From Candidatus Hermodarchaeota archaeon (lineage in GTDB: Archaea; Asgardarchaeota; Heimdallarchaeia; Hodarchaeales; Hodarchaeaceae): a stretch of 32,000 nucleotides of DNA. Below, in pieces: positions 1 through 9,013 of the stretch. The notes below the pieces were generated by a model, which made no database searches, had not been told where the DNA came from, and saw only the letters and a program-made list of their open reading frames with translations. The stretch spans positions 284,046 to 316,045 of the forward strand of contig JBHLKY010000001.1 in NCBI GenBank assembly GCA_048886185.1. Direction: 5' to 3'. Position 1 is the stretch's first letter; each line of letters begins with the position of its first letter. A program made the position numbers and the translations under genes.

Positions 1-134
1 ACAGGGATGATGACTCTTGATAATGTAACAATAGTAATACTAACAATTACACACAGTACCAAGAATTTTTGTTTGATAAGATGTGACAAAAACCACCTTT
101 TATCACTCGAAATCTTTTTAATGTCTAAACTCAT
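1..134 (-). CDS. 5' part of a gene running off the window edge; probable membrane protein, possibly the N-terminus of an ABC exporter (permease/ATPase fusion)
   Basis: Not in the ORF track. ATG at 134 reads MSLDIKKISSDKRWFLSHLIKQKFLVLCVIVSITIVTLSRVIIP, open to position 1. The 'RWFLSHL..K + hydrophobic helix + IP' pattern resembles ABC exporter N-termini. Lies downstream of kynU on the same strand. Confidence 0.5.
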   Translation of the reverse strand, partial: MSLDIKKISSDKRWFLSHLIKQKFLVLCVIVSITIVTLSRVIIP

Positions 135-241
135 GTTACTTACGCATTCCTGTGGTAAAATTTTGTCTAATTCAAAGATTTACACTGATTCGATTTAATG
201 ATTATGGAATATGGTAAAGAAACTTGTAAACCTTATTTCCA

Positions 242-1510
242 TTATTTTTTAATCATTTCGTATTCTTGGTTGTCGATGATATCTTTTAGAAGCTGTACAA
301 TTTGCCAAACTTCATGATATGAGTTGTAAAGCGCAACAGGAGCAATTCTAATGATATTAGGAGGACGAAAGTCAGTAATAACTCTTCGTGCTTTCAAAGC
401 TTCAGTAATTCGAAATGCTTCGTCGTGTTCGATCGCTACATGTCCAGTTCTTTGCTTAGGGTCACGAGGTGTCCCTATCTCAAAGTTATAAGGAGTTCCA
501 GTTAATAATTTATCAACTAAATCGATCAAGTAGGTGGTCAATTTTATCGATTTTTCACGAATGCGATCAATTCCAGCTTCTAGTGTGACAGCTAGAGCCC
601 CTTCAATCGGTGCAGAACATAAGATATTAGAGCTGGAAATTTGCCATCCCCCTGCTGATTTAGTATGTTTAAAATCCAATTGCATTTCAAATTGTTTTTC
701 TTTTATATATCCAAACCAACCTGTAAGTCCTGGTTCTTTGTGAAAATGTTTCTTATTAATGTATAAAAAGGCGGTTCCACCTGGTCCTGAATTCAGATAC
801 TTATAGCTGCACCATACTGCGAAATCAACTCCCCATTTATCAAAATAATGAGGTACGGCTCCAACGGAATGGGAACAATCAAATCCGATAGGGATTCCTC
901 GTTCATGGGCTTCTAATGTCAAATAAGCTATGTCTAATAACTGGCCACTACGATAAAGTGCTGATGGCAGCATAACAAGAGCTATTTCATCTGTCATATA
1001 ATCAACAATTTTTTTCTCATCCAAAAATCGTCCATTTGGAGGAACTAGTACTAAATGTTGGGTGGGATCTAAACCCTTTAACTTTATCTGACTTTGTAGA
1101 GCATAAATGTCAGTTGGAAAATCAAGAGTATCGGCAAGAATTTTTGTCTTTTTACCATCAGGGTGGTAAAATGTACTTACAAGTGAATGAAGATTGACCG
1201 TTGTTGTGCCTGTAGCAGCTACTTCAATTGGTTCAGCTCCAACCAATGGAGCAGCTATTGCTCCCAAATCTTCTCCAAAATACCACCATGGTCGTTCACC
1301 CTCAAACCAGCCAGAAATTCCAAAAGTTTTCCATTCTTTCACAACCCGTAATAGAGATCTCTCTGCATCTTTGGAAAGCAAACCAAGGGAGTTACCATCG
1401 ACATAAATTGTATCTGAAGGAATATAGAAGCGGGAGCGAAAATTTGCCAAAGGATCTTCTGAATCTAACTGGATAGCTTCCTCCTCATTGGTCGTAAATA
1501 GCTGAGTCAT
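242..1510 (-). CDS. kynU: Kynureninase (PLP-dependent)
   Basis: Motifs LDSEDPLANFRSRF, YVDGNSLGL, FDCSHSVG, WCSYKYLNSGPGG (PLP lysine), DFRPPNIIRIAP. Start placed at ATG 1510 (MTQLF); ORF track start is 1531. Confidence 0.95.
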   Translation of the reverse strand: MTQLFTTNEEEAIQLDSEDPLANFRSRFYIPSDTIYVDGNSLGLLSKDAERSLLRVVKEWKTFGISGWFEGERPWWYFGEDLGAIAAPLVGAEPIEVAATGTTTVNLHSLVSTFYHPDGKKTKILADTLDFPTDIYALQSQIKLKGLDPTQHLVLVPPNGRFLDEKKIVDYMTDEIALVMLPSALYRSGQLLDIAYLTLEAHERGIPIGFDCSHSVGAVPHYFDKWGVDFAVWCSYKYLNSGPGGTAFLYINKKHFHKEPGLTGWFGYIKEKQFEMQLDFKHTKSAGGWQISSSNILCSAPIEGALAVTLEAGIDRIREKSIKLTTYLIDLVDKLLTGTPYNFEIGTPRDPKQRTGHVAIEHDEAFRITEALKARRVITDFRPPNIIRIAPVALYNSYHEVWQIVQLLKDIIDNQEYEMIKK

Positions 1511-1608
1511 TTTTTTTACCTTGAAAAACATAAAAAAAGGGTCTCAATTATATTTTTTCTAGGAAATTTGATTTGTAGATTAGTGTTAAGATATAAAATA
1601 TGGCTAAT

Positions 1609-1639
1609 TGAAAAAAAAGGGAGTGGGGGGGAGAAAAAG
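1609..1639 (-). terminator. Pyrimidine/oligo-T terminator-like tract after the surface-protein gene
   Basis: Minus strand directly after the stop reads CTTTTTCTCCCCCCCACTCCCTTTTTTTTC; archaeal terminators are typically oligo-T tracts. Confidence 0.55.
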
Positions 1640-4600
1640 TTACTTTTTTCTTCGAAGCCAAACCAATAATAGACTTAACGATAGGATAGAGAAAATTAAT
1701 TCAAATCCGGATGCTCCAATTTCTGGGCCTTCTTTACTCTCAGGGGTTGTTGCAGTGGTTTCTTCAATGTTATTAATTTCAAAGAGATCTGATTGTAAGC
1801 TGGTAGTATCTGTTCCATCAGAGATTTCGATAATGATTCTATATCCAGTATCATCAGGATAAGCCGTACTGTCGAAAGAATATGTTGTATCAGTAGTGCC
1901 TGATTTTAATGTAATTTTTGTTCCATCTGGCTTAACAAGGATAATGGTAGATGTAAGAATATCTCCATCAGGATCACTGGCAGTCCAAGTAATGATTTCT
2001 GTACCACTGATAACATTATCTATATTTTCAAGTGTTCCTTCTGGAGCTCTATTCCCTATCTGAACTTTCACTCTAATGATCAATGGTGTTGTTTCATCAC
2101 CTATTAATCCAATGACAAATGTGCGAACTCCCGCTGTGAGGCCCGACGGATTGTAGTGGAAAGTGAACGTCTTTTGATCAACTTCTGCCCAATTTGTGAA
2201 TGATTGGGATTGTTCAACAAATGCCTCAGTCCATGCGAAAATTCTTCCAGAGGGAACAGTTCCAATGCCTATGTTGGTTAACCTGACGATAATATCAAAT
2301 TCTTCGTTTAAATCGACGTATGTTGGGGCGTTTATATCGTCAAATTCGACTGCATGTGTGAATGTTTCATATCCCTCGAATGAGAAGTGAATATCTATCC
2401 CAGATATTGTCGTTAACACCATTTTGTACCTTAGAACTTGAGGGTAATTATTTGGATAACTGTAATCAATGATATGAGTTTTGTAGCTAATAATATGGCC
2501 TGATTCTGTAAGAGCTCTTACACGTAAGACCATAACTTGTGGTTTTGAGATTCCAGCATCTCCTGCAACGGGGAAGACATCAATGAAATATTCTCCTTTA
2601 ATAGGTGAGTGAATTGTTAGATTTTGTGAATCCGGTATGAGTCCTGAATAGGTAGTTCCAGGATATGCCTCTTCAAAGCCTGTTGTATAGTTGTAACCAA
2701 CACTCATAGTTGAATTCCATAGGTAGATTGCAGAACCATCCACTGATTCCAAGGTAACTTCAAGCGAGTCCATTGGAATGTGTCCATAATAAACCTGCTG
2801 TGCAAGAATAGCTTGTACTGTCGCAAACACTGGAGGTTCTCCTCCCATGGTATTTTCCCAATAGGCTCTGGTGGAAGTCACATATATCATGTGAGTATTG
2901 AGATACTCTGTTATACTGTCATACCACCACTGATCACTATCACGTCCTGCCATAAGGAACGCTTTGCTTGCTGAAAGATACCAATAGTATTCAAATGAAC
3001 GACCTGAATGTGGATTTCCACCAACAATCTGTCCAGAATTGTTAATCCAATCGAGGGCGGATAATATGTCAGGATCGTTTGGTTCAGATCCACTGAGATA
3101 TAATCCCCAGATTCCTGCCGCTGTCATTGATCCATAGCTACTACTGCCCCAATCACGCCAATCTTCAGTACTCGGAGTGTAGGTAAAGCCACCATCGTAT
3201 CTCCAAATTCCTTCCTCGTCATATCCTCCTCTACAGCGCCTAACAAAAATATCGACTTTATCCCAAAGATTAGGATCAAATGGATCCAATCCCCCAGGAT
3301 TGAAGTTTTCATAGGTTGATAGTGTGAGGATTGCCCACTGACTTACAGAAAGATCAGACGATTGGTGATCGTCTCCATATCGCCAACCACCGTACCAGGG
3401 ATCACTTAGATCTACGCTCCACGTTTCGTCATTTTGTGTATAGACCAACCATGCAATAGCATCATCAATAAGTGAATCTAGAGCAGAATCGTACCCAGGG
3501 AGGGTCGCATTGTAAGCGAGTAAAGTAGTAGTTGCCATAGCAGTCTCATAAGTACTATGATAGATTGACCTACCATCATCTTGATCAAAGCTAAAAGTAT
3601 TTTGCAGGTATCCAATTGCATCTTCAACAACCTGATCATAAGCCAAACCTGCTTGGATGAAGCAGAGAGCAGCAAGAGCTGCCATTCCTGGTCTACCATA
3701 TTCTTGCCCAGGTTGATAATCCCATGATCCATCGGGATTTTGTTGAGTTCGTAACCAAGCTAATCCTTTGGTGATGGTACTTTCTGGTGAGGGAATCGTA
3801 CCAGGGTCGATAGTGATTGAAATGGTGGTTTCCGAGGTCTTATAGGTCATATCATACGCTCTTATGGTTATTTCAATATTTCCTATGAGATCATGTGAAG
3901 GGAACCAAGTAAACCTAAAATCAGGCCCAGAGGCTGGTTCACCCCAATTCCATTCATAAGGATTGTAAGTAAATAAAACCTCTTGACCAGAAAGAATCTG
4001 ATAGTATAATATAGCAGATTCATCAATGCTTGTTCCAGTGATAGAGATTCCATAGTATTGCCCAAAATGTGCTCCATTTGTAGGTGTGGTAATGCTTACA
4101 CTAGGTGGGGATGTATCTTCTGTTATATCTACTCTCACAGTAAGATCCTGAGTGGCAGTTGGGGGCTGATCGTAATCTGCATGGAGTACTTGAAAGAGCC
4201 ATGGACTTGTGTATTTACCAATCTGTATCAAGTAATGATCCGTATTGATATTCCCCATCCATTCCTCCCATCGAATAATATCTCGATCCCAAATGCTGCG
4301 AAGGCGTCCAAAACCATCTAGATACCATATATCGAAATCGGGTAATCCCACATCTACCGGTTCAGTTCGCTCTACCTGTAAGTGAAGAACATCATTAAAG
4401 TATTGTGGAACTATACCAAACAATTCAGAATCATTAACTGCGAGAGTCCCAAAATTATATTCATCACCAGGCCCTAGAACTTGTATTGGGGAAATAGAGC
4501 TAATATCTATTGCAGTCGAGTAAGGAGCGACTGCATATGACATATTACAAGGGCTAAAAGGTTCATGATGATATAGTTCAACAATTGCTACTTCTTCAAA

Positions 4601-5503
4601 GTATATTGTTGGATTTGTGTCACCATAAAAATCGAAAGCTCTAAGTATCCCTCTTGAGATTGTCAGCTTTATTTCATTTAGACTATTTGATTGTAACCAG
4701 AATGTTTGTTCCCAATGTCCTATTGTCTCTCCAGTACTATTTCGTAATACTAATCGGATATAGTACGGTTCATCATTATTCATCCAATGAAAGAAACTTT
4801 GAAATGTAATATTTACTTCTAAATAGTCCGATGTGAGAGTTGCATCATGCATTATGAACGATCCAATCTCCATTGGTTCATCAAAAGTATAAATGTCAAA
4901 TATTTGAGGAATTAATAATAGAGGGTTCTCATCGGGATTGTAGGACCAATTTTCATCAAAGATTTCATAGTTATATTGAGTGCTTCCATTCGCTAATTGA
5001 ACGTGAGAAATCCGATATGGGCCAGCTAGTTTCAATGCTCTTAGTTGTGTGCAGTTGAAATGAACTGTAATATTGTGAATACCATTTGATAATGTCTGAA
5101 AATTGCTTTTTCCCCAGAAAAAATAACCTCCATCATAGTATCGGTCATTAGTATATGGATCGGTGAATCTGCGTTGAAAAGTTTGATCATAGAGTGCTGC
5201 CATAACAATATAATCCGTTACGTATGTCGATGTAATTTCTACCTCAACATTGATCATTAATATGTCAAAATCACCGTCAGGCTCAATATCATTAAGCCCA
5301 TTATAGAAAATTCTTCCTGTTAGATGTCCTCGGGGATCATCTTGCATTATCTTAGTAGCAACAGTTGGAGAAGATGTCTGTATTCTTTGATCTTTATTTG
5401 CAAAGTTCGAAGATATATTTGTCAAATTTGTAGGTGACATTCCGAGAGAAAAAGCACCAACCAAAAAGATTGCTATCAATATAATGAAATTTCTTTTTAT
5501 CAT
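1640..5503 (-). CDS. Large secreted/cell-surface multidomain protein: signal peptide, beta-sandwich/Ig-like domains, prenyltransferase/squalene-cyclase-like (alpha/alpha) repeat barrel, CARDB/Ig-like domains, C-terminal PGF-CTERM-like anchor
   Basis: N-terminal MIKRNF plus hydrophobic stretch; QW-like repeats WLRTQQNPDGSW and WLVYTQNDETW...GGW; DGGFTY, YGSMTAAG; Ig-like DTSPPSVSITTPTNG and NRAPEGTL; Thr-rich linker then SGFELIFSILSLSLLLVWLRRKK. Confidence 0.85.
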   Translation of the reverse strand: MIKRNFIILIAIFLVGAFSLGMSPTNLTNISSNFANKDQRIQTSSPTVATKIMQDDPRGHLTGRIFYNGLNDIEPDGDFDILMINVEVEITSTYVTDYIVMAALYDQTFQRRFTDPYTNDRYYDGGYFFWGKSNFQTLSNGIHNITVHFNCTQLRALKLAGPYRISHVQLANGSTQYNYEIFDENWSYNPDENPLLLIPQIFDIYTFDEPMEIGSFIMHDATLTSDYLEVNITFQSFFHWMNNDEPYYIRLVLRNSTGETIGHWEQTFWLQSNSLNEIKLTISRGILRAFDFYGDTNPTIYFEEVAIVELYHHEPFSPCNMSYAVAPYSTAIDISSISPIQVLGPGDEYNFGTLAVNDSELFGIVPQYFNDVLHLQVERTEPVDVGLPDFDIWYLDGFGRLRSIWDRDIIRWEEWMGNINTDHYLIQIGKYTSPWLFQVLHADYDQPPTATQDLTVRVDITEDTSPPSVSITTPTNGAHFGQYYGISITGTSIDESAILYYQILSGQEVLFTYNPYEWNWGEPASGPDFRFTWFPSHDLIGNIEITIRAYDMTYKTSETTISITIDPGTIPSPESTITKGLAWLRTQQNPDGSWDYQPGQEYGRPGMAALAALCFIQAGLAYDQVVEDAIGYLQNTFSFDQDDGRSIYHSTYETAMATTTLLAYNATLPGYDSALDSLIDDAIAWLVYTQNDETWSVDLSDPWYGGWRYGDDHQSSDLSVSQWAILTLSTYENFNPGGLDPFDPNLWDKVDIFVRRCRGGYDEEGIWRYDGGFTYTPSTEDWRDWGSSSYGSMTAAGIWGLYLSGSEPNDPDILSALDWINNSGQIVGGNPHSGRSFEYYWYLSASKAFLMAGRDSDQWWYDSITEYLNTHMIYVTSTRAYWENTMGGEPPVFATVQAILAQQVYYGHIPMDSLEVTLESVDGSAIYLWNSTMSVGYNYTTGFEEAYPGTTYSGLIPDSQNLTIHSPIKGEYFIDVFPVAGDAGISKPQVMVLRVRALTESGHIISYKTHIIDYSYPNNYPQVLRYKMVLTTISGIDIHFSFEGYETFTHAVEFDDINAPTYVDLNEEFDIIVRLTNIGIGTVPSGRIFAWTEAFVEQSQSFTNWAEVDQKTFTFHYNPSGLTAGVRTFVIGLIGDETTPLIIRVKVQIGNRAPEGTLENIDNVISGTEIITWTASDPDGDILTSTIILVKPDGTKITLKSGTTDTTYSFDSTAYPDDTGYRIIIEISDGTDTTSLQSDLFEINNIEETTATTPESKEGPEIGASGFELIFSILSLSLLLVWLRRKK

Positions 5504-5762
5504 TTAAAATATTTCACCTTTCATTATTTCTATTCAATTAATAAAAAAAAACTTGAGTTGAGATTGTCTACTAGCTCAGTAATCATATTATAAGAAATAT
5601 TCCATATTATTTTATATCGTTTTTCACTTTTTAGTGTAGTAAATTGAACTAGATACCGTTTAATGCAAGAATTTTACTCATAATAAACTTTAAAGAGATT
5701 TTGGAAGTATTAGCTTCAGAATTAAAAGTATTTTCAGTGATAATAGTATCTTATTAATTTTC

Positions 5763-5782
5763 AGGATGATATAAATCATCCT
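5763..5782. promoter_or_regulatory. Perfect 8-bp inverted repeat, candidate operator in a divergent intergenic region
   Basis: AGGATGAT-ataa-ATCATCCT between the divergent starts at 5503 (-) and 5933 (+). Confidence 0.45.
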
Positions 5783-5932
5783 CTTTCTCTTCATCAAATA
5801 GAAAACATTTTATTCTCTGCATTGTGGAAGATCTACAACATATCCAAATTTTGTTAAAATAAATGAATACAGTGGATATCAAATGAAAGGTTTATACTAG
5901 GTTATCATCTGACATGAAATGGAGTCTTTTAA

Positions 5933-6934
5933 ATGTTTAGAAAGAAAAAGCCCTCTGAGATCGAGTTATTAGAACAGAAATTTTCTGAGAAGACAGATAA
6001 AATCGAAACACGAATAAATAATATGACCCAAGAATTAGCGGAAAGAATTGCAGCAATTGAGAAACATTTAGAGGGATCTGCAGTTCGGCAAAGTGAACTA
6101 TCTCAGACATTCGAGAATAGGAGTGTTGAAATTCGAACTCAGGCAACTAAAGAGTTTAAAACATCACTTGAGGAAGTTAGAAGTTCATTGGAGACCTTAG
6201 GATTAGAACTTAACAATCAAGTTCTCGACTTAAGTACAAGACTTGAACAACTTGATCAGAACTCGAGTAATTGGTCATTTGCTATTAATGAGCAGATTGA
6301 AGAGTTTCGACAAAATTACGTAAATGTCTTAGAAGAACTTCGTCAAGGTAGAAATATCGCGGTTGAAAAAGAGCGGCTTATGAGTCAAAAATATGAAGAA
6401 TTAGTTAATCAGTTGAAGGAAAAAGAAAAACTAGCAATTGAAAAGGAAGCATTAGCTCAGCAGCGGATTGGTTCTTTACAAGACGAAGTACAGAAAAAAG
6501 AAAAAGAAGTAGAAAAAACCACTTCACAGCTCGAACAGCTAGAATCTGAACTAAAAGCTAAAAATGGATTTATTGATGAATTACGAGAAAGAAAAATTAA
6601 AGCTGAAGAGCTGAAACTCGAACTCAAGCGTTTGAGTGAAGAAAATGAATTGAAGACCTATGAACTTGAGAGAGCTAAAAGCCAAATGACAACCATGTCG
6701 GATGATACCAGACGTTCTCTGGGTACAACAAAGGCAATAAAAACTTTTTTGAGCGAAAGTGAGTCGGGGAGAGTCTTAAGTCATCTGATGGGTGTGGAAC
6801 AAGCCTCAGTGGATGATCTAGCAACAATGACGGGGATTGCAACTTACACTGTTCAACAAATTCTTCAACACTTCCAAGATATGGGCATCATTACATTAGA
6901 TAAAACTACAAGACGAGCAAAGCTAAAAGAATAG
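5933..6934 (+). CDS. Long coiled-coil protein with C-terminal winged helix-turn-helix domain
   Basis: About 260 aa of E/K/Q/L-rich heptads, then SGRVLSHLMGVEQASVDDLATMTGIATYTVQQILQHFQDMGIITLD, a typical wHTH pattern. Confidence 0.8.
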   Translation: MFRKKKPSEIELLEQKFSEKTDKIETRINNMTQELAERIAAIEKHLEGSAVRQSELSQTFENRSVEIRTQATKEFKTSLEEVRSSLETLGLELNNQVLDLSTRLEQLDQNSSNWSFAINEQIEEFRQNYVNVLEELRQGRNIAVEKERLMSQKYEELVNQLKEKEKLAIEKEALAQQRIGSLQDEVQKKEKEVEKTTSQLEQLESELKAKNGFIDELRERKIKAEELKLELKRLSEENELKTYELERAKSQMTTMSDDTRRSLGTTKAIKTFLSESESGRVLSHLMGVEQASVDDLATMTGIATYTVQQILQHFQDMGIITLDKTTRRAKLKE

Positions 6935-6980
6935 ACAATTAAAGTCTTACGCTATTTGAATTGAGATAAAGGGGATTTTT

Positions 6981-7523
6981 ATGGAAGTAAAGATTGGATC
7001 AACCATTATACGTTTGGTTCTAGGGGATATTACTCAAGAAAACACTGACATCATTGTAAATGCGGCAAACACTTCACTCAGAGGAGGTGGGGGTGTTGAT
7101 GGAGCTATTCATCGTGCTGGGGGTTCTGAGATCCTGCAGGAATGTGTCGAGAAGTATCCTGAGGGATGTGAAACGGGGGAAGCTCGAATAACTACAGCGG
7201 GACAGTTAAATGCTAAATTTGTAATCCATACACCTGGTCCGATTTGGAAAGGTGGGAGACAAAACGAGGATGATCTTCTAGCAAGTTGTTATCGTAATTC
7301 TCTCCATCTCGCCATAGAATATGATGCTAAAACAATTGCATTTCCGTCTATTTCAACTGGAGTGTATAGGTTTCCGATTGATAGGGCATCAAAAATAGCA
7401 CTTTTAACCGTTATTGAAAATCTAGTGTCGACTTCTATAATAGAAGTTCACTTTGTCTTATTTAGTGATTCAGACCTTCAAATCTACGAGAAAAATCTTC
7501 TAGAGATAATTAATAACAGATAA
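6981..7523 (+). CDS. Macrodomain protein (O-acetyl-ADP-ribose deacetylase / ADP-ribosyl hydrolase, YmdB/MacroD-like)
   Basis: [45 protein letters not shown] motifs. Confidence 0.95.
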   Translation: MEVKIGSTIIRLVLGDITQENTDIIVNAANTSLRGGGGVDGAIHRAGGSEILQECVEKYPEGCETGEARITTAGQLNAKFVIHTPGPIWKGGRQNEDDLLASCYRNSLHLAIEYDAKTIAFPSISTGVYRFPIDRASKIALLTVIENLVSTSIIEVHFVLFSDSDLQIYEKNLLEIINNR

Positions 7524-7567
7524 GTTAATCATCTCGTTCATTTGATTTGAAAAGAGGATGTAATGAA

Positions 7568-8317
7568 TTAAGAGTTACGTGGTTTTTTTGCTTTTATCCT
7601 AAATTTAGGGATTTTTTCTTCATATGTTGGTGGTGGTTTTTGCCTTGATGGTGTTTTTATTTTAATTTTTTTAGGAATAAGTCTGTTTATTCCCTTAGAT
7701 TCCTTTTTCTTTTCTGCTCCTCTTGATGTGGGAATAGTCATATTTATTATTGCTGCTGAAGGTTTTTTATCACTAACTCTGGGAACAGGTTTGTTAACGA
7801 AATTAGATTTCTTTTTTGAAGAGCTTCCTAAGGAATGAGGTATTTTAATTTCCTTATTCGGATGCTTAGGAATTGGAGCAGGTTGATTTGAAACCAATTT
7901 TTTTCGATTTCTTTTCGAAAGCGCCCCAAGACTAGTTGGTGGAGCATGAGATCTTTCTTGTTGTGAAGAAGACTTTGGAGGAGTTTTAGAATTAACTGTG
8001 TTTTGATCCTTCTCTTTTATTGGAGATTTAACTGGTTTGAGAGAAGTTTCGCCCTTAATTTGATCTGATAATGGAGGTGGAACATTATAATAAGGAGTAT
8101 CATCTTTTGATGGTTCAATTGTTCCATGTCTGGAAGGTAGTGAGTTTGATGACTTTGGTATGTTTACTTTCAACTTTTGTTTTGGTGGAGGAAGTTCAAA
8201 TACTTCTTCTGCCCCGTTTGGAAATTTAGATTTAATTATTGAACTTTTAGAATTCGTGGGGATCTTCTGTTTAATTTCCTTACTAGGCTTTTTCTCACGG
8301 ATTTTCCATCTTACCAA
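7568..8317 (-). CDS. Lys/Pro/Ser-rich, highly basic, probably intrinsically disordered protein
   Basis: 249-aa open frame, TTG start with upstream AGGA; composition dominated by K, P and S, no hydrophobic core; same strand as, and downstream of, the Ubl cluster. Confidence 0.7.
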   Translation of the reverse strand: MVRWKIREKKPSKEIKQKIPTNSKSSIIKSKFPNGAEEVFELPPPKQKLKVNIPKSSNSLPSRHGTIEPSKDDTPYYNVPPPLSDQIKGETSLKPVKSPIKEKDQNTVNSKTPPKSSSQQERSHAPPTSLGALSKRNRKKLVSNQPAPIPKHPNKEIKIPHSLGSSSKKKSNFVNKPVPRVSDKKPSAAIINMTIPTSRGAEKKKESKGINRLIPKKIKIKTPSRQKPPPTYEEKIPKFRIKAKKPRNS

Positions 8318-8340
8318 TTAATCCAATTTCCTAATCTGTT

Positions 8341-8363
8341 AAAGGAAAATTCTATTTTCCTTT
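8341..8363. promoter_or_regulatory. Perfect 10-bp inverted repeat (terminator hairpin or operator)
   Basis: AAAGGAAAAT-tct-ATTTTCCTTT in the 107-bp gap between the 6-TM gene and the K/P-rich gene. Confidence 0.4.
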
Positions 8364-8424
8364 TAATCTAATCAAATATTCTCTCTTAAATTTATAATGC
8401 TAACGAAATATATTACAAAATATC

Positions 8425-9009
8425 CTATTTTCCAAATAAAAATCCAATTCCAGAAAAGAGGAAAAATAAACCATATAGGATCCCTATTAAATCAGTAGTT
8501 ATTAGCCCTGCAGTTAAGAAAAGTGCACCAAATACAAAAAAAGTTATTAGAGCAGTCCATTCTGCTGAGGGCCCTTTCTCAGATTGCGAAGTAATTCTAA
8601 TGAATTGATATCGAGTGAAACTACGTAATAACAGGGCGGATGATACTGCTAAATACGGAAATGCTAATATTGAGGATACAGTAATTTGAAGTTGAGTGAA
8701 TTCATTTACAGGTAGAATTTCAACGTTAAAAGTTAACAATGGTTCTTCATTAAGAGGGAAGAACGAACTTGTAAGTATAACCAATAAGGGAATGATATTC
8801 GCTAATGAAAAAAAGTAAATCTCATTCAAGGTTGCTTTTACATCAATATAATATAGAATTCTTAGAAAATAAAATATAGTTATGGTTGCATATAGAGTCA
8901 GGTAGAGAATATTCATAGCATTACTGTCTTCATCACGTATGAAGAAAAAAATACTAGCTGATATTCCCATAAGGAAGACAAAAAATGCCATGGAATGACG
9001 TGAAGCCAT
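8425..9009 (-). CDS. About 6-TM integral membrane protein; apparent paralog of the membrane domain of the adjacent RING protein
   Basis: Six hydrophobic segments; starts 4 bp after the RING gene stop; by-eye alignment with the RING protein TM1-TM4. Confidence 0.8.
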   Translation of the reverse strand: MASRHSMAFFVFLMGISASIFFFIRDEDSNAMNILYLTLYATITIFYFLRILYYIDVKATLNEIYFFSLANIIPLLVILTSSFFPLNEEPLLTFNVEILPVNEFTQLQITVSSILAFPYLAVSSALLLRSFTRYQFIRITSQSEKGPSAEWTALITFFVFGALFLTAGLITTDLIGILYGLFFLFSGIGFLFGK

Positions 9010-9013
9010 CTTT

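Noticed and set aside
7-198. 63-aa plus-strand ORF
   Set aside because: Antisense shadow of a more protein-like minus-strand frame starting at ATG 134.
2774-3781. Squalene-hopene/oxidosqualene cyclase, or alpha-2-macroglobulin thioester protein
   Set aside because: No DxDD/DCTAE motif, only one barrel, extracellular architecture, and no GCGEQ.
5933-6934. ESCRT-III/CdvB or SMC assignment
   Set aside because: No recognisable Snf7 core pattern, and no Walker motifs or hinge; only generic coiled coil plus wHTH.
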